Source: Candidatus Omnitrophota bacterium (GTDB taxonomy: Bacteria > Omnitrophota > Gorgyraeia > Duberdicusellales > 4484-171). Taken from it: a DNA stretch of 63,069 nt. The stretch is from the NCBI GenBank assembly GCA_018818105.1, contig JAHISK010000098.1, positions 1 to 63,069 of the forward strand, written 5' to 3'. Under the pieces are notes generated by a model. It saw only the letters and a program-made list of their open reading frames with translations. It was not told the origin of the DNA and ran no database searches. Each line of letters starts with the position of its first letter. Position 1 is the stretch's first letter. The position numbers were made by a program, and so were the translations under genes. Positions 8,844 through 18,580 of the stretch are shown here, piece after piece.

Positions 8844-10370
8844 ATGAATAAGTTTTATATTACTACGCCAATTTATTATGTTAATGCTAGCCCGCATATC
8901 GGTCATGCTTATACCAGCATAATTTGTGATTGTCTTGCCAGGTATAAACGAGCGGCAGGTGATCAAGTTTATTATCTTACCGGCACAGACGAACATGGAG
9001 AAAAGGTCGCTTCTGCCGCGGCTGGCGCCGGTCAAGAAATACAGGCTTTTGTTGATAACGTGAAGGGAAATTTCGATGATTTATGGCAAAAATTAAATAT
9101 TACGTATGATTTTTTTATTAGAACAACTCAAAGTGACCATAAAGAAGTGGTAAAGAAGGTAATCACTGCCCTTGGTGAAAAAGGGGATATTTATAAAACA
9201 AAGTATCAGGGGTTTTACTGTATGCCTTGTGAATCATTTTGGACGCCGACGCAAGTGAAAGAGGCCTGCGGGGTGTGTTCTTTATGTAAGAGAGAAGTTG
9301 GGCCGATAGAAGAGGAAAACTATTTTTTTAGATTATCTAAATACTCGCAGTGGCTTAAGAAATATTTAGAAGATAATCCATCGTTCATTCAGCCAAAGAT
9401 TCGGTATAATGAAGTCATGGGATTTTTAGATAATAATGTGTTAGCTGATTTGTGTATTTCCCGTCCGAAATCAAGAGTTAGCTGGGGCATAGAGTTTCCC
9501 TTGGATAGTGATTATGTTGTGTATGTATGGTTTGACGCTTTATTGAATTATATAAGCGCTGTAGGTTATGACGTCGATAGGGATAAGTTCAATCAATGGT
9601 GGCCGCCGGATATTCAGCTTATTGGTAAAGACATATTACGGCATCACGCTATTTTCTGGCCGATAATGCTGAAGGCGTTAGGGGTTAGTTTGCCAAAAGT
9701 TATTTTTGCCCATGGGTGGTGGAAAGTAGACGAAGAAAAGATGTCTAAATCTAAAGGTAATATCGTAAATCCGTATACGTTAATCGAAGATGTTGGTGTT
9801 GACGCGTTACGTTATTTTCTATTACGGGAGATTGCTCCTGGAGCTGACGGTAATTTTTCCCATCAAGCAGTAATTAATCGTCTAAACAGCGATTTAGCTA
9901 ATGATTTAGGTAATTTAGTTTATCGTACGCTTAATATGGCAGAAAAATATTTTGAAGGTAAAGTTTCATCGAAAGACGGTGTGATTCCTTTTGAGTTTAA
10001 AAATGCCTTTGACGTTTTAGGTAAGGGATACGCTGGCTGTATGGAAAAGTTAGATTTTGGCGGCGCGCTTGATTTTGTGTTTGATTGTATCAAAGTGATG
10101 AATAAATATATAGAGGATACAAAACCCTGGGGGTTATGGAAGGAAAAGAAAATTGATGAGTTAGGAGAGTTTCTTTACGCTCTTTTGGAAGGTATACGAA
10201 TTGTCGCGGGATATCTGTACTCTTTTATGCCCCAAACTTGCCACTCTGTATTTAGGCAGTTAGGAGTAGATAAAGAGGTAGTTAATTTTTCAGAGTGGAA
10301 ATGGTCGCGAAAAAAGGTTTATTCAGTAAAAAAAGAAAAGCCGTTGTTTCCTAGGATAGAAATAGAATAA
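8844..10370 (+). CDS. metG: Methionine--tRNA ligase
   Basis: HIGH (PHIGHAYT), KMSKS, Zn knuckle CMPCESFW...CSLCKRE. Confidence 0.97.
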   Translation: MNKFYITTPIYYVNASPHIGHAYTSIICDCLARYKRAAGDQVYYLTGTDEHGEKVASAAAGAGQEIQAFVDNVKGNFDDLWQKLNITYDFFIRTTQSDHKEVVKKVITALGEKGDIYKTKYQGFYCMPCESFWTPTQVKEACGVCSLCKREVGPIEEENYFFRLSKYSQWLKKYLEDNPSFIQPKIRYNEVMGFLDNNVLADLCISRPKSRVSWGIEFPLDSDYVVYVWFDALLNYISAVGYDVDRDKFNQWWPPDIQLIGKDILRHHAIFWPIMLKALGVSLPKVIFAHGWWKVDEEKMSKSKGNIVNPYTLIEDVGVDALRYFLLREIAPGADGNFSHQAVINRLNSDLANDLGNLVYRTLNMAEKYFEGKVSSKDGVIPFEFKNAFDVLGKGYAGCMEKLDFGGALDFVFDCIKVMNKYIEDTKPWGLWKEKKIDELGEFLYALLEGIRIVAGYLYSFMPQTCHSVFRQLGVDKEVVNFSEWKWSRKKVYSVKKEKPLFPRIEIE

Positions 10371-10389
10371 ATAATAGATAACAATAATT

Positions 10390-10513
10390 GTAGGGACGCC
10401 GCTTGTCTGCGCCCGATAGTTTTAATTCATAAATATGATTTGGCCTAATGATATGTTCATCCAATTGTTGATAATTTTATATTATTACGGGCGTAGACAA
10501 GCGACGCCCCTAC
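10390..10513 (-). mobile_element. MITE/BIME-like element, copy A (124 bp)
   Basis: 26-nt GC-rich inverted termini GTAGGGACGCCGCTTGTCTGCGCCCG / CGGGCGTAGACAAGCGACGCCCCTAC flank an AT-rich core. The core is the reverse complement of copies B and D. Confidence 0.85.
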
Positions 10514-10589
10514 GGAATTTTTTAAAACCGAATTCGTCATATCTTTAAAATGCAAAGGGTTATATCTATTATTAAATCTCTATATTCTT

Positions 10590-11339
10590 ATGTTAATAGA
10601 TTCTCACTGTCATATTAATTCATTATCAGCCAGCGATAGAGAAAGTGTAGTTTCTTCAAGCCTTTTAGATAATTTAATCTGTATAGATTCCGGCATTGAC
10701 TACAAAACTATTCAAGAATCTGTATCCCTTTCACAGAATCACCCATTTATATATACCGCGGCAGGGTTTCATCCATTTTCGGCGTCGAGTTTTTCCTCGG
10801 AGACAATTGATTCGTACAAAAAGATAATTGATCAAAATAAAAAAATTGTTGCTATTGGAGAGATAGGGCTAGATAGTAACGCTGATATTAGTCTGGATAT
10901 TCAGGAGAAAGCGCTGCGCGCTTTTATAAGTTTCGGCTGTGAAAAAAAATTACCGGTCATGCTTCATAACCGTATGTCCGATTTAAGAATGTTTAAAATC
11001 CTTGATGACTTCTTTCCATTATATGAAAAAGTGGTTTTTCATTGCTTTTCTTATGGGGTAGAAGTTTTAGATAAGATTTTGGATAAAGGGGGGATTGTTT
11101 CATTTTCGTTAAACGTTTTGCGTAATAAAAAGGATATTATCGCGTCTTTAAAAAAGTGTCCTCTCCAGAATTTGCTGTTTGAAACCGATTCTCCCTATAT
11201 GCGTATAAAGGGAGTTAGGTCAACGCCGTTAGATATTGAAAAGGTATACGAATTCGCGGCTAAGACTAAAGGAATTCCGCGGCAAGATTTAGAAACGGCA
11301 GTCTTTTCCAACACCCAAAGAATATTTCAAATATTGTAG
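10590..11339 (+). CDS. tatD: TatD-family metal-dependent hydrolase
   Basis: DSHCHI start, GEIGLD, FHCFS, ETDSPY. The TAG stop lies in a TGTAGGG head. Confidence 0.85.
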   Translation: MLIDSHCHINSLSASDRESVVSSSLLDNLICIDSGIDYKTIQESVSLSQNHPFIYTAAGFHPFSASSFSSETIDSYKKIIDQNKKIVAIGEIGLDSNADISLDIQEKALRAFISFGCEKKLPVMLHNRMSDLRMFKILDDFFPLYEKVVFHCFSYGVEVLDKILDKGGIVSFSLNVLRNKKDIIASLKKCPLQNLLFETDSPYMRIKGVRSTPLDIEKVYEFAAKTKGIPRQDLETAVFSNTQRIFQIL

Positions 11340-11360
11340 GGGCCGACGGCTGTTGGCTCG
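11336..11360 (+). repeat. GTAG-headed hairpin supplying the tatD TAG stop
   Basis: GTAGGGGCCGACGGCTGTTGGCTCG. Confidence 0.75.
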
Positions 11361-11365
11361 TTACT

Positions 11366-12580
11366 ATGTATGACCCGTTATATACCATGAAAAAAGTAGT
11401 CATCCTAAAAATCGATAGTTATGATGTTGACGTTATCAAGGATAAAGTTAAGAAGGCTATTTATGAGCATTTTTCTTTTGATTCCCTTTTTTCTCCCGGC
11501 GATAAAATTCTTCTTAAACCAAACTTGCTTATGCCATCTAATCCTGATGAAGCAATAATCACCCATCCGGTAGTGGTTTCAGCCGTCAGCAAAATTTTTA
11601 AAGAAGCAGGATTCGAGGTATGTCTTGGCGATGCTCCCGGCGTTTTTTGCGGTAATAAGGATTTAGATAGTGTGTATGATGCAACAGGTATTAAAAAAAT
11701 CGCTCAATCAGAGGGAATCCAGCTTTTGTATCCTAAAGAAAGTGTTGTGTGTTCTGATATCCCGTTATGTTGGTGGGCTTGTCCTGATGATTTACGAAGG
11801 GGGGATTCGAAGGAAGAAAAATTTAAAATGATAAACATGCCTAAGTTAAAAACGCATGAAATAATGGTTTTAACATTAGCGGTAAAAAACTTGTACGGAT
11901 GTATCAGCGGTCTTTATAAAAGCCGGCTGCATTGTCTTTATCCCACAACAGAAAAGTTTAGCGATGTTATAGTGAAATTGTATAAAATGATAAAACCATC
12001 TTTAAACATTGTTGACGGTATCGTCGCTTTAGAGGGTCAGGGCCCGGCTAAAAAAGGTACGCCTAGGAAAGTAGGTATTATTGTCATAGGTGATGATGCC
12101 TTATATGTTGATTATGTGATAGGTAACTTTCTTAATTTAGCACCGGGTCTAAATCCTTTGATAAAAAAAGCGCGGCAGTTAGGATTAATTAAAGAAGAAG
12201 AGTTAGAAGTCATATCAGAAATAGGTGATACTAAAGTTAGTGATTTTAAGTTTCCTAATACCTTCATTTTAAATCGTGTGCCGCCGTTTGTTTTAGTCGT
12301 GTTAAAATTACTTCTTAAGTTTAAGCCGGCAGTTAATTATAAAAAATGTAAAAATTGCCGGATGTGTGAGAAGGTATGTCCGGCGGCGGCAATAAGTATG
12401 GATACAGGTAAGGTTGTGATAGAGTACAAAAAGTGTATTATGTGTATGTGTTGCAGTGAGATGTGTCCCTTTGGGGCTATAGATGTAAAAAAGAGTTTTT
12501 TGTTAAGACTTTCGGATATGTTACATAAAAAAAGACATCCTGTAGATCAGGATGCCTTGATTCCAACGATTAAGAAATGA
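11366..12580 (+). CDS. DUF362-like protein with C-terminal 2x[4Fe-4S] ferredoxin domain
   Basis: Two CxxCxxCxxxCP motifs (CKNCRMCEKVCP, CIMCMCCSEMCP). An alternative start is ATG 11387. Confidence 0.7.
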   Translation: MYDPLYTMKKVVILKIDSYDVDVIKDKVKKAIYEHFSFDSLFSPGDKILLKPNLLMPSNPDEAIITHPVVVSAVSKIFKEAGFEVCLGDAPGVFCGNKDLDSVYDATGIKKIAQSEGIQLLYPKESVVCSDIPLCWWACPDDLRRGDSKEEKFKMINMPKLKTHEIMVLTLAVKNLYGCISGLYKSRLHCLYPTTEKFSDVIVKLYKMIKPSLNIVDGIVALEGQGPAKKGTPRKVGIIVIGDDALYVDYVIGNFLNLAPGLNPLIKKARQLGLIKEEELEVISEIGDTKVSDFKFPNTFILNRVPPFVLVVLKLLLKFKPAVNYKKCKNCRMCEKVCPAAAISMDTGKVVIEYKKCIMCMCCSEMCPFGAIDVKKSFLLRLSDMLHKKRHPVDQDALIPTIKK

Positions 12581-12618
12581 TTACAGAGATTATTGCCTTT
12601 TCATAGAGGCAATAGGGT

Positions 12619-12695
12619 AATCTGTGTAATCTAAAATAATCACTGTAATCAGGTATAATTTTTATAAAATTATACCCGGAGATTATACCAGGGGG
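12619..12695 (+). promoter_or_regulatory. Repeated promoter/5'-leader cassette, copy upstream of mtnA
   Basis: AATCTGTGTAATC...TGTAATCAGGTATAAT...ATTATACC...GATTATACCAGGGGG. About 80 nt are homologous to 43343-43421, and the 3' part also occurs at 125-139. Confidence 0.6.
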
Positions 12696-12702
12696 AAGAA
12701 TA

Positions 12703-13737
12703 ATGAAGGCTGTAGATGTAAAAAATAATCAGTTGTTTTATCTAGACCAGACTAAACTTCCTTTAAAAGAAGTTTGGCGGCAATGTAAAAATTTAAGAGA
12801 AGGGTTTGTTGCTATAAAACAGTTAAGGGTAAGAGGCGCGCCGTTAATCGGTGTGTTTGCCGCTTACTGTATGGCGCAATCTGCCAAAAAGTTTTCTCTT
12901 CAAAAAAGGCGGTTTTTGGCGCAGTTTAAGGAGGGGATAAACTATCTTAAAACTTCTCGACCCACGGCAGTTAATTTATCTTGGGCCTTAGATAGGATGG
13001 AAAGAGTAGTTTTTGATAATAGGGAAGAGTCTTTATCCAAAATAAAGAGTTCTCTCTTTAAGGAAGCTGTTGCTATACATAAAGAAGATATTGGGTTGTG
13101 CCGAAAAATGGCAGAGTTTGGGGTAAAGTTGATCAAAAAAGGAGATAGGATACTAACTCATTGTAATGCTGGGGCGTTAGCTACGGGGGGAGATGGTACA
13201 GCGGTCGCGGTTATTTATAAGGCGCATAAAGTTTATAAAGATATAAAAGTGTATGCTGATGAAACTAGACCTCTTTTACAGGGCGCGCGACTTACCGCCT
13301 GGGAACTTCAAAAAAACAATGTTCCTTGTACTTTAATTTGCGATAATATGGCAGCCTACCTTATGCAGAAAGGTACCATCGATAAAATTTTTGTCGGTGC
13401 TGATAGGATTGCTTCTAATGGTGACGCGGCAAATAAAATAGGTACCTATAGTTTAGCTGTTGTAGCTAAATATCATAAAGTGCCGTTTTATGTGGTTGCG
13501 CCGTTTAGCACGTTTGATTTGACGTTAAAAAACGGAAACCAAATTCCTATTGAAGAAAGAGCGGATGATGAAGTAAGGACAGTTTTGGGTAAGGTTGCTA
13601 TCGCGCCCAAAGACATTCCAACGGTTAATCCCGCGTTTGATGTTACTCCGAATAAGCTTATTACCGCTATAGTTACTGATAAGGGGATAATTTATCCGTC
13701 ATTTATAAAAAATATTAAGAAATTATTATGTGTATGA
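12703..13737 (+). CDS. mtnA: S-methyl-5-thioribose-1-phosphate isomerase (eIF-2B alpha/beta/delta family)
   Basis: RGAPLIG, THCNAGALAT, GADRIASNGDAANKIGT. It could equally be a ribose-1,5-bisphosphate isomerase. Confidence 0.8.
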   Translation: MKAVDVKNNQLFYLDQTKLPLKEVWRQCKNLREGFVAIKQLRVRGAPLIGVFAAYCMAQSAKKFSLQKRRFLAQFKEGINYLKTSRPTAVNLSWALDRMERVVFDNREESLSKIKSSLFKEAVAIHKEDIGLCRKMAEFGVKLIKKGDRILTHCNAGALATGGDGTAVAVIYKAHKVYKDIKVYADETRPLLQGARLTAWELQKNNVPCTLICDNMAAYLMQKGTIDKIFVGADRIASNGDAANKIGTYSLAVVAKYHKVPFYVVAPFSTFDLTLKNGNQIPIEERADDEVRTVLGKVAIAPKDIPTVNPAFDVTPNKLITAIVTDKGIIYPSFIKNIKKLLCV

Positions 13738-14594
13738 ATGAATTAGATTGGATAGATTTATTGAAGAAGAAAACAGGAAAGAGCAAAGATGTTCTTGTTG
13801 GTATAGGAGATGACTGCGCGCAGGTTAAAACCGGAAAAAATAAAGTTTTGTTAAAAAGCGATTTGTTTATGGAAGGAGTTCATTTTAAAAAGAATAAGAT
13901 TGATTACAAAACTTTAGGACAGCGGGCAGTGTGTCGTGTTCTTTCTGACTTTGCCGCTTGTGGAGGGCGTCCTAAATTCATTGGCGTTTCAGCGGGAATT
14001 CCTTCTTATGTAAAGAACCATGAGTTAGATCAAATACTTGCTGGTATTCTTTTTTGTGGTAAAAAATATAAGTTTTCGTTAGTTGGTGGTGATACGGCAA
14101 AATCTTTGAAGTTGTTTTTAGATATATGGGGCGTAGGCGAAACCGATAAGTTTATTTCAAGAAAGCAAGCGAAAGTTGGTGACTATATTTTTGTGACCGG
14201 GCCGTTAGGTCAGCGGGCTTTTGATTGTGTTTTTGAACCGAGAATAAAAGAAGCTCAAGGGTTAGTTAAGAATTTTAAAGTGAATTCAATGATTGATATT
14301 TCCGACGGATTTATTATTGACCTTTACCGCGTTTTGAAAGATAGTGGGAAGGGGGCTTGTATTGAGCGCGATAAATTACCGTTAACTAAAGGGGAATCAG
14401 ATCTTTATCGCGGGGAAGATTATGAGTTGATTTTTACTGTAGATAAGAGTGAGAAAAAGATAAGTTACTTAAGTAAAAAATTCCACTTTATCGGCAGGAT
14501 TAAGAGTGATAATTTTGGGTATAAAATGCGGATAGCGAATGAATGCAGAAATATCAGTATTAAGGGATATACTCATCAATTGGGAAGTAAGTAG
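13728..14594 (+). CDS. thiL: Thiamine-monophosphate kinase
   Basis: GIGDDCA, AIR-synthase-like fold, DISDG. Confidence 0.85.
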   Translation: MCMNELDWIDLLKKKTGKSKDVLVGIGDDCAQVKTGKNKVLLKSDLFMEGVHFKKNKIDYKTLGQRAVCRVLSDFAACGGRPKFIGVSAGIPSYVKNHELDQILAGILFCGKKYKFSLVGGDTAKSLKLFLDIWGVGETDKFISRKQAKVGDYIFVTGPLGQRAFDCVFEPRIKEAQGLVKNFKVNSMIDISDGFIIDLYRVLKDSGKGACIERDKLPLTKGESDLYRGEDYELIFTVDKSEKKISYLSKKFHFIGRIKSDNFGYKMRIANECRNISIKGYTHQLGSK

Positions 14595-14644
14595 CTTGTT
14601 GAATAAGTTTAAAGATTAGAAATGAAAATAGGTGATAAGAAAGT

Positions 14645-15094
14645 ATGGTAGTAATGTCGCAATCTTCATCGGAAACAATTTTATTAGGTAAGCGGTTTTC
14701 TAAACTCATTACTGGCGGGGATATTATTCTTCTTGAAGGTGATTTGGGGGGAGGAAAAACTACGTTTGTAAGTGGGGTGCTAGAAGGATTTGGTTATAGA
14801 AAAAAAACTCAAAGTCCGTCATTTACGCTGGTGCGACAATATAAAGTTAGAAAGTTGGATATTTACCATATAGATTTGTACCGGCTTATGAAAGGGGATG
14901 ATATATTTAATTTAGGAGTAGAGGAGTACATGTATAAATTTGGCTATTGTTTTTTAATTGAGTGGGGCGAAAAGATTGAAGATAGCTTACCGCGGTATTT
15001 AAAATTAAAGTTTTCTTTTGTTAAAGAAAACAGCCGTAAAATAGTCATATCGTCTAAGGGGTATGATAAAAGTAGATTGAAAGTATTAGGGTAG
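14645..15094 (+). CDS. tsaE: tRNA t6A biosynthesis ATPase TsaE
   Basis: P-loop GDLGGGKTTF and YHIDLYRL. Confidence 0.85.
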   Translation: MVVMSQSSSETILLGKRFSKLITGGDIILLEGDLGGGKTTFVSGVLEGFGYRKKTQSPSFTLVRQYKVRKLDIYHIDLYRLMKGDDIFNLGVEEYMYKFGYCFLIEWGEKIEDSLPRYLKLKFSFVKENSRKIVISSKGYDKSRLKVLG

Positions 15095-15247
15095 GTATAT
15101 GGTTTTTTAGGTTAAGTAGTTTGATAAAGGTCAAGAGGCCGGTAGGGTAGTTGGGTAAGGGTTAAGTGTATAATCATTAACTACCTGACTGTTAAACTAA
15201 ATCGGTATATTGACCCAAGCCCAATAACTTTTGACAAGGGGTTATAC

Positions 15248-15922
15248 ATGAATTTATTAGCAATTGATACTACTACCGATAATGTTTCCTTAAGTATAAT
15301 GAAGGAAGATAAAATTATCGTGGATTTTAACCGCAGGATTAGATTTGGTGCTTCTAAGGTTATGCCGTTAATAGAAAAACTTATTAAAAAAGCGTCATTA
15401 GATTTAAAAAAGATTGATGCTTTTGTTATTGGCGCGGGGCCTGGGTCTTTTACGGGGTTACGGATTTCTTTTAGTATTGTTAAGGGGTTTGGCTTGGCGT
15501 TGAACAAACCCATAATCAAGATAGGTAGTTTTTATTCGTTGGCGTATCCTTTTATTGGGGGCAAGCATAGGAATATAGCTGTTGTTTCTGATGCTCGGCG
15601 TCAGTTGATATACACAGCGTCTTTTAAAATAAACAAAAATAGTTTTAAAATGGAAGGCAAAGAGAAATTGATAAAATTAGAAGATTTTGTTAAGGGTAAG
15701 AAAGACTGCCTTTTTATTACCCATGATAAAGAGTTAAGAACGAAAGTGTTAAGTTTATATCCAGATATATCTTTCTATAATAAAGATGTTTGGCCCAAAT
15801 CGGCGTATTTACTGGAATTAGCAAAGAGTTATTATATTAAGGAGAAATTCACTTCCGTAAATAAGCTGGAGCCGTTATATTTACATCCTAAGACGTGCCA
15901 GATAAGAATGAATAGTGTTTAG
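15248..15922 (+). CDS. tsaB: tRNA t6A biosynthesis protein TsaB
   Basis: LAIDTTTD and GPGSFTGLRI. Adjacent to tsaE. Confidence 0.8.
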   Translation: MNLLAIDTTTDNVSLSIMKEDKIIVDFNRRIRFGASKVMPLIEKLIKKASLDLKKIDAFVIGAGPGSFTGLRISFSIVKGFGLALNKPIIKIGSFYSLAYPFIGGKHRNIAVVSDARRQLIYTASFKINKNSFKMEGKEKLIKLEDFVKGKKDCLFITHDKELRTKVLSLYPDISFYNKDVWPKSAYLLELAKSYYIKEKFTSVNKLEPLYLHPKTCQIRMNSV

Positions 15923-16017
15923 TTGTTAGTATATAGTATTTAGTGGAGAGGATATAGAAAAAATTTATTTGAAAATTTAAAATGGTAATTGGTAAATGGT
16001 AAATTTAAAATGGAAAA
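15913..16017 (+). repeat. 15 phase-locked heptads spanning the tsaB stop to the alr start
   Basis: TAGTGTT TAGTTGT TAGTATA TAGTATT TAGTGGA ... TGGTAAT TGGTAAA TGGTAAA TTTAAAA TGGAAAA. Confidence 0.85.
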
Positions 16018-17128
16018 GATGTATAGACCATTATTTATTGAAGTAGATTTAGGGGCGTTGAAGCGAAACGCTCGTAAGGTTAAGAATTACCTTGGCGCGG
16101 ATACGGGAATGATTGCCGTTATTAAGCAGGCTGCTTACGGCCATGGGTTAGTACCTGTTGCGCAAGCTCTATCTGATGAAGGCGTTGATTTTTTTGGCGT
16201 TGGCAGTATTGAGGAAGCGGTTGAGTTAAGAAATAATGGTATTAAGAATTCTATTTTTGTTCTTACGACGGTATTGCCTGAGTTTGCTGACTTATTTATT
16301 GAACATAACATAGTTCCTACAATTACGGATATTTCCTTTGCTAAAAAATTAAGTAAGGCGGCAGTAAAGCGAAATGTTAAAGTTAGCGCGCATATTAAGA
16401 TTGATACGGGAATGGGGCGGCTGGGTGCTTATTCCAAAGACGCCTATAAATTTATTGATGGAGTAAAAAGGTTGGATAATCTTTGTTTAGATGGGTTATA
16501 TACTCATTTTCCTGTTGCTGATAGTGATCCTGAGTTTACGCGCAAGCAGATAGATATTTTTAATAAGGTCATAACCCAGTTAAAAAATGATAATATTAGG
16601 TTTAATTATTATCATTGCGCTAACAGCGCGGCGATAGCTAATTATAAAGACTCTCATTTTAATATGGCTAGGCCCGGGATTATTCTTTATGGGATAAACC
16701 CGTCGGTAAATAAAGATTTAGACGTTGAGCCGGTGTTATCGTTAAAATCCAAAGTTGTTTTTGTTAAAAAAATTGATAAAGGGATGAGCGTTAGTTATGG
16801 CCGTACCTTTACCGCTGATAAATCTACCTACATAGCTACTGTGGCTGTCGGATACGCTGATGGCTACCCTTTAGCGTTATCTAATAACGCTAAAGTCATC
16901 ATAAAAGGAGAAGCTTTTAAGTTGGTGGGTAGAGTTTGTATGGATCATATTATGGTGGATATTGGTGATAGAAATGATATTAGTATAGGGGATGAGGTTA
17001 CTTTAATCGGCAAAGAAGCTGATAGTAGTGTTAGCGCTGTTGATTTAGCTGACTGGGCCAAAACCATTCCCTACGAAATCTTAAGCCGCCTTTCTCTAAA
17101 AATCCCTAGAATGTATATGATAAAATAA
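15989..17128 (+). CDS. alr: Alanine racemase
   Basis: PLP-Lys motif AVIKQAAYGHG, YTHF, VCMDHIMVD. The real start is probably ATG 16010 or 16019, because TTG 15989 lies inside a heptad array. Confidence 0.93.
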   Translation: MVNGKFKMEKMYRPLFIEVDLGALKRNARKVKNYLGADTGMIAVIKQAAYGHGLVPVAQALSDEGVDFFGVGSIEEAVELRNNGIKNSIFVLTTVLPEFADLFIEHNIVPTITDISFAKKLSKAAVKRNVKVSAHIKIDTGMGRLGAYSKDAYKFIDGVKRLDNLCLDGLYTHFPVADSDPEFTRKQIDIFNKVITQLKNDNIRFNYYHCANSAAIANYKDSHFNMARPGIILYGINPSVNKDLDVEPVLSLKSKVVFVKKIDKGMSVSYGRTFTADKSTYIATVAVGYADGYPLALSNNAKVIIKGEAFKLVGRVCMDHIMVDIGDRNDISIGDEVTLIGKEADSSVSAVDLADWAKTIPYEILSRLSLKIPRMYMIK

Positions 17129-17179
17129 TCATATTCTGAGGTATATAAGGTTATGTTAACTCAGATTGTCTAAAACAAG

Positions 17180-17208
17180 TTACAAAGTTTAGGATAATTT
17201 GATATAAT
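17180..17208 (+). promoter_or_regulatory. Candidate sigma70 promoter of fic
   Basis: TTACAA - 17 nt - TATAAT, 21 nt upstream of the ATG. Confidence 0.5.
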
Positions 17209-17229
17209 ACTTTTCAGGAGGAAAATACG

Positions 17230-18261
17230 ATGAATTCGTTTAAACGGGATAATGTAGAGTTGCCTTTAAGTTCGATATGGCTTATGAATTCTATAGCCGA
17301 ATATAAAGGAAAACAAGAACTTTATATAAAACAGTCGCCGCAGGTTCTAAAGACACTTTTAGAAGCGGCGCTTATTGAAAGCGTGGAATCATCAAATCGT
17401 ATTGAAGGTGTTACGGTTGATAAGACGCGTCTTAAGCCTCTTGTATTTGGTCACAGTAAGCCGCGTGATCGTTCAGAAGAAGAAGTAGCCGGATACAGAA
17501 AAGCGCTTGAATTTATTCATAAGAAGCATCAAAGTTTAAAGATTAATCTAGAAACGATTAAAGAGCTTCATCGTTTGTGTAGAGGAGAATTATGGGACGC
17601 GGGAAAATGGAAAGAAAAAAATAATGATATTATCCGAAAGTATCCTGATGGCAGGGTTGAGGTGATATTTAAACCAGTAAAAGCAAAAGATGTTTCGGAT
17701 ATGATGAATCAGCTTTGTCTTATTTATGAAAACAGCATTAATCAATTTAAATATCCGGGGCTCTACGCGGTTGCTTGTTTTGTGCTGGATTTTTTAAGTA
17801 TACATCCATTTCGTGATGGGAATGGAAGGGTATCGCGGGTGCTTACCCTTCTTGCTTTATATCAACATGGATTTATATTTGGAAAGTATATAAGTCTTGA
17901 GCGGATTGTTGAACAATCAAAAGAAACTTATTATGAGACACTTAATAAAAGCTCTCAAAAGTGGCATGAGGCTAATCATGATATTATTCCGTGGTTTAAT
18001 TATTTTCTTGGGACAGTACTGGCAGCTTATAAGGAATTTGAGGAACGCTCGGGAAATATAATCCCCGCGCGTGGAGCAAAAACCGAGATTATTATTAAAG
18101 CGATAGAAAAGCAATTAGGAGAATTTACTCTAGGGGATATTGAAAGGGAATGTCCTTCAGTTAGCCGGGACATGATAAAAGTAATCTTTAAAAAATTAAA
18201 GAAAAGAAAAAAGATTAAATGTTTAGGTAAGGGGAAAAGCGCTAAATGGAAAAAAACTTAA
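17230..18261 (+). CDS. fic: Fic-family protein (AMPylase-type motif)
   Basis: Canonical HPFRDGNGRVSR motif, upstream inhibitory-helix-like SNRIEG ((S/T)xxxE(G/N)), basic wHTH-like C-terminus. Confidence 0.9.
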   Translation: MNSFKRDNVELPLSSIWLMNSIAEYKGKQELYIKQSPQVLKTLLEAALIESVESSNRIEGVTVDKTRLKPLVFGHSKPRDRSEEEVAGYRKALEFIHKKHQSLKINLETIKELHRLCRGELWDAGKWKEKNNDIIRKYPDGRVEVIFKPVKAKDVSDMMNQLCLIYENSINQFKYPGLYAVACFVLDFLSIHPFRDGNGRVSRVLTLLALYQHGFIFGKYISLERIVEQSKETYYETLNKSSQKWHEANHDIIPWFNYFLGTVLAAYKEFEERSGNIIPARGAKTEIIIKAIEKQLGEFTLGDIERECPSVSRDMIKVIFKKLKKRKKIKCLGKGKSAKWKKT

Positions 18262-18324
18262 TAAGGTATTAACTCTATTAATAGGGTAATTAATAGGGTA
18301 ATTAAGGATATTGGTGATATCTGT

Positions 18325-18390
18325 ATCTTATTCTACGAAATCGTAAGCCGCTCCTCCTCAAGAATCCCTCGGATTTACGGTCACAGATTT
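18325..18390 (+). pseudogene. Relic 3' end of an alanine racemase gene
   Basis: 18333-18378 matches alr 17071-17116 at 34/46 nt. It translates YEIVSRSSSRIPRIY versus YEILSRLSLKIPRMY. Confidence 0.7.
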
Positions 18391-18580
18391 TTTCAATTTT
18401 TTTTTCAAAATTCTTGGCAATTTTCGCGAAAATATGGTATTATTATTTTAACTTATAAATTCCTCAACGGTGGTTTTTTGTAAGTCTTTTATTATCAATA
18501 ACTTATATATTTAGGGTGTAAAGATATAATATTTATAGGAGAAATTTATAGTAAATTCGAGCTATTTTAGGAGGGCGAAA

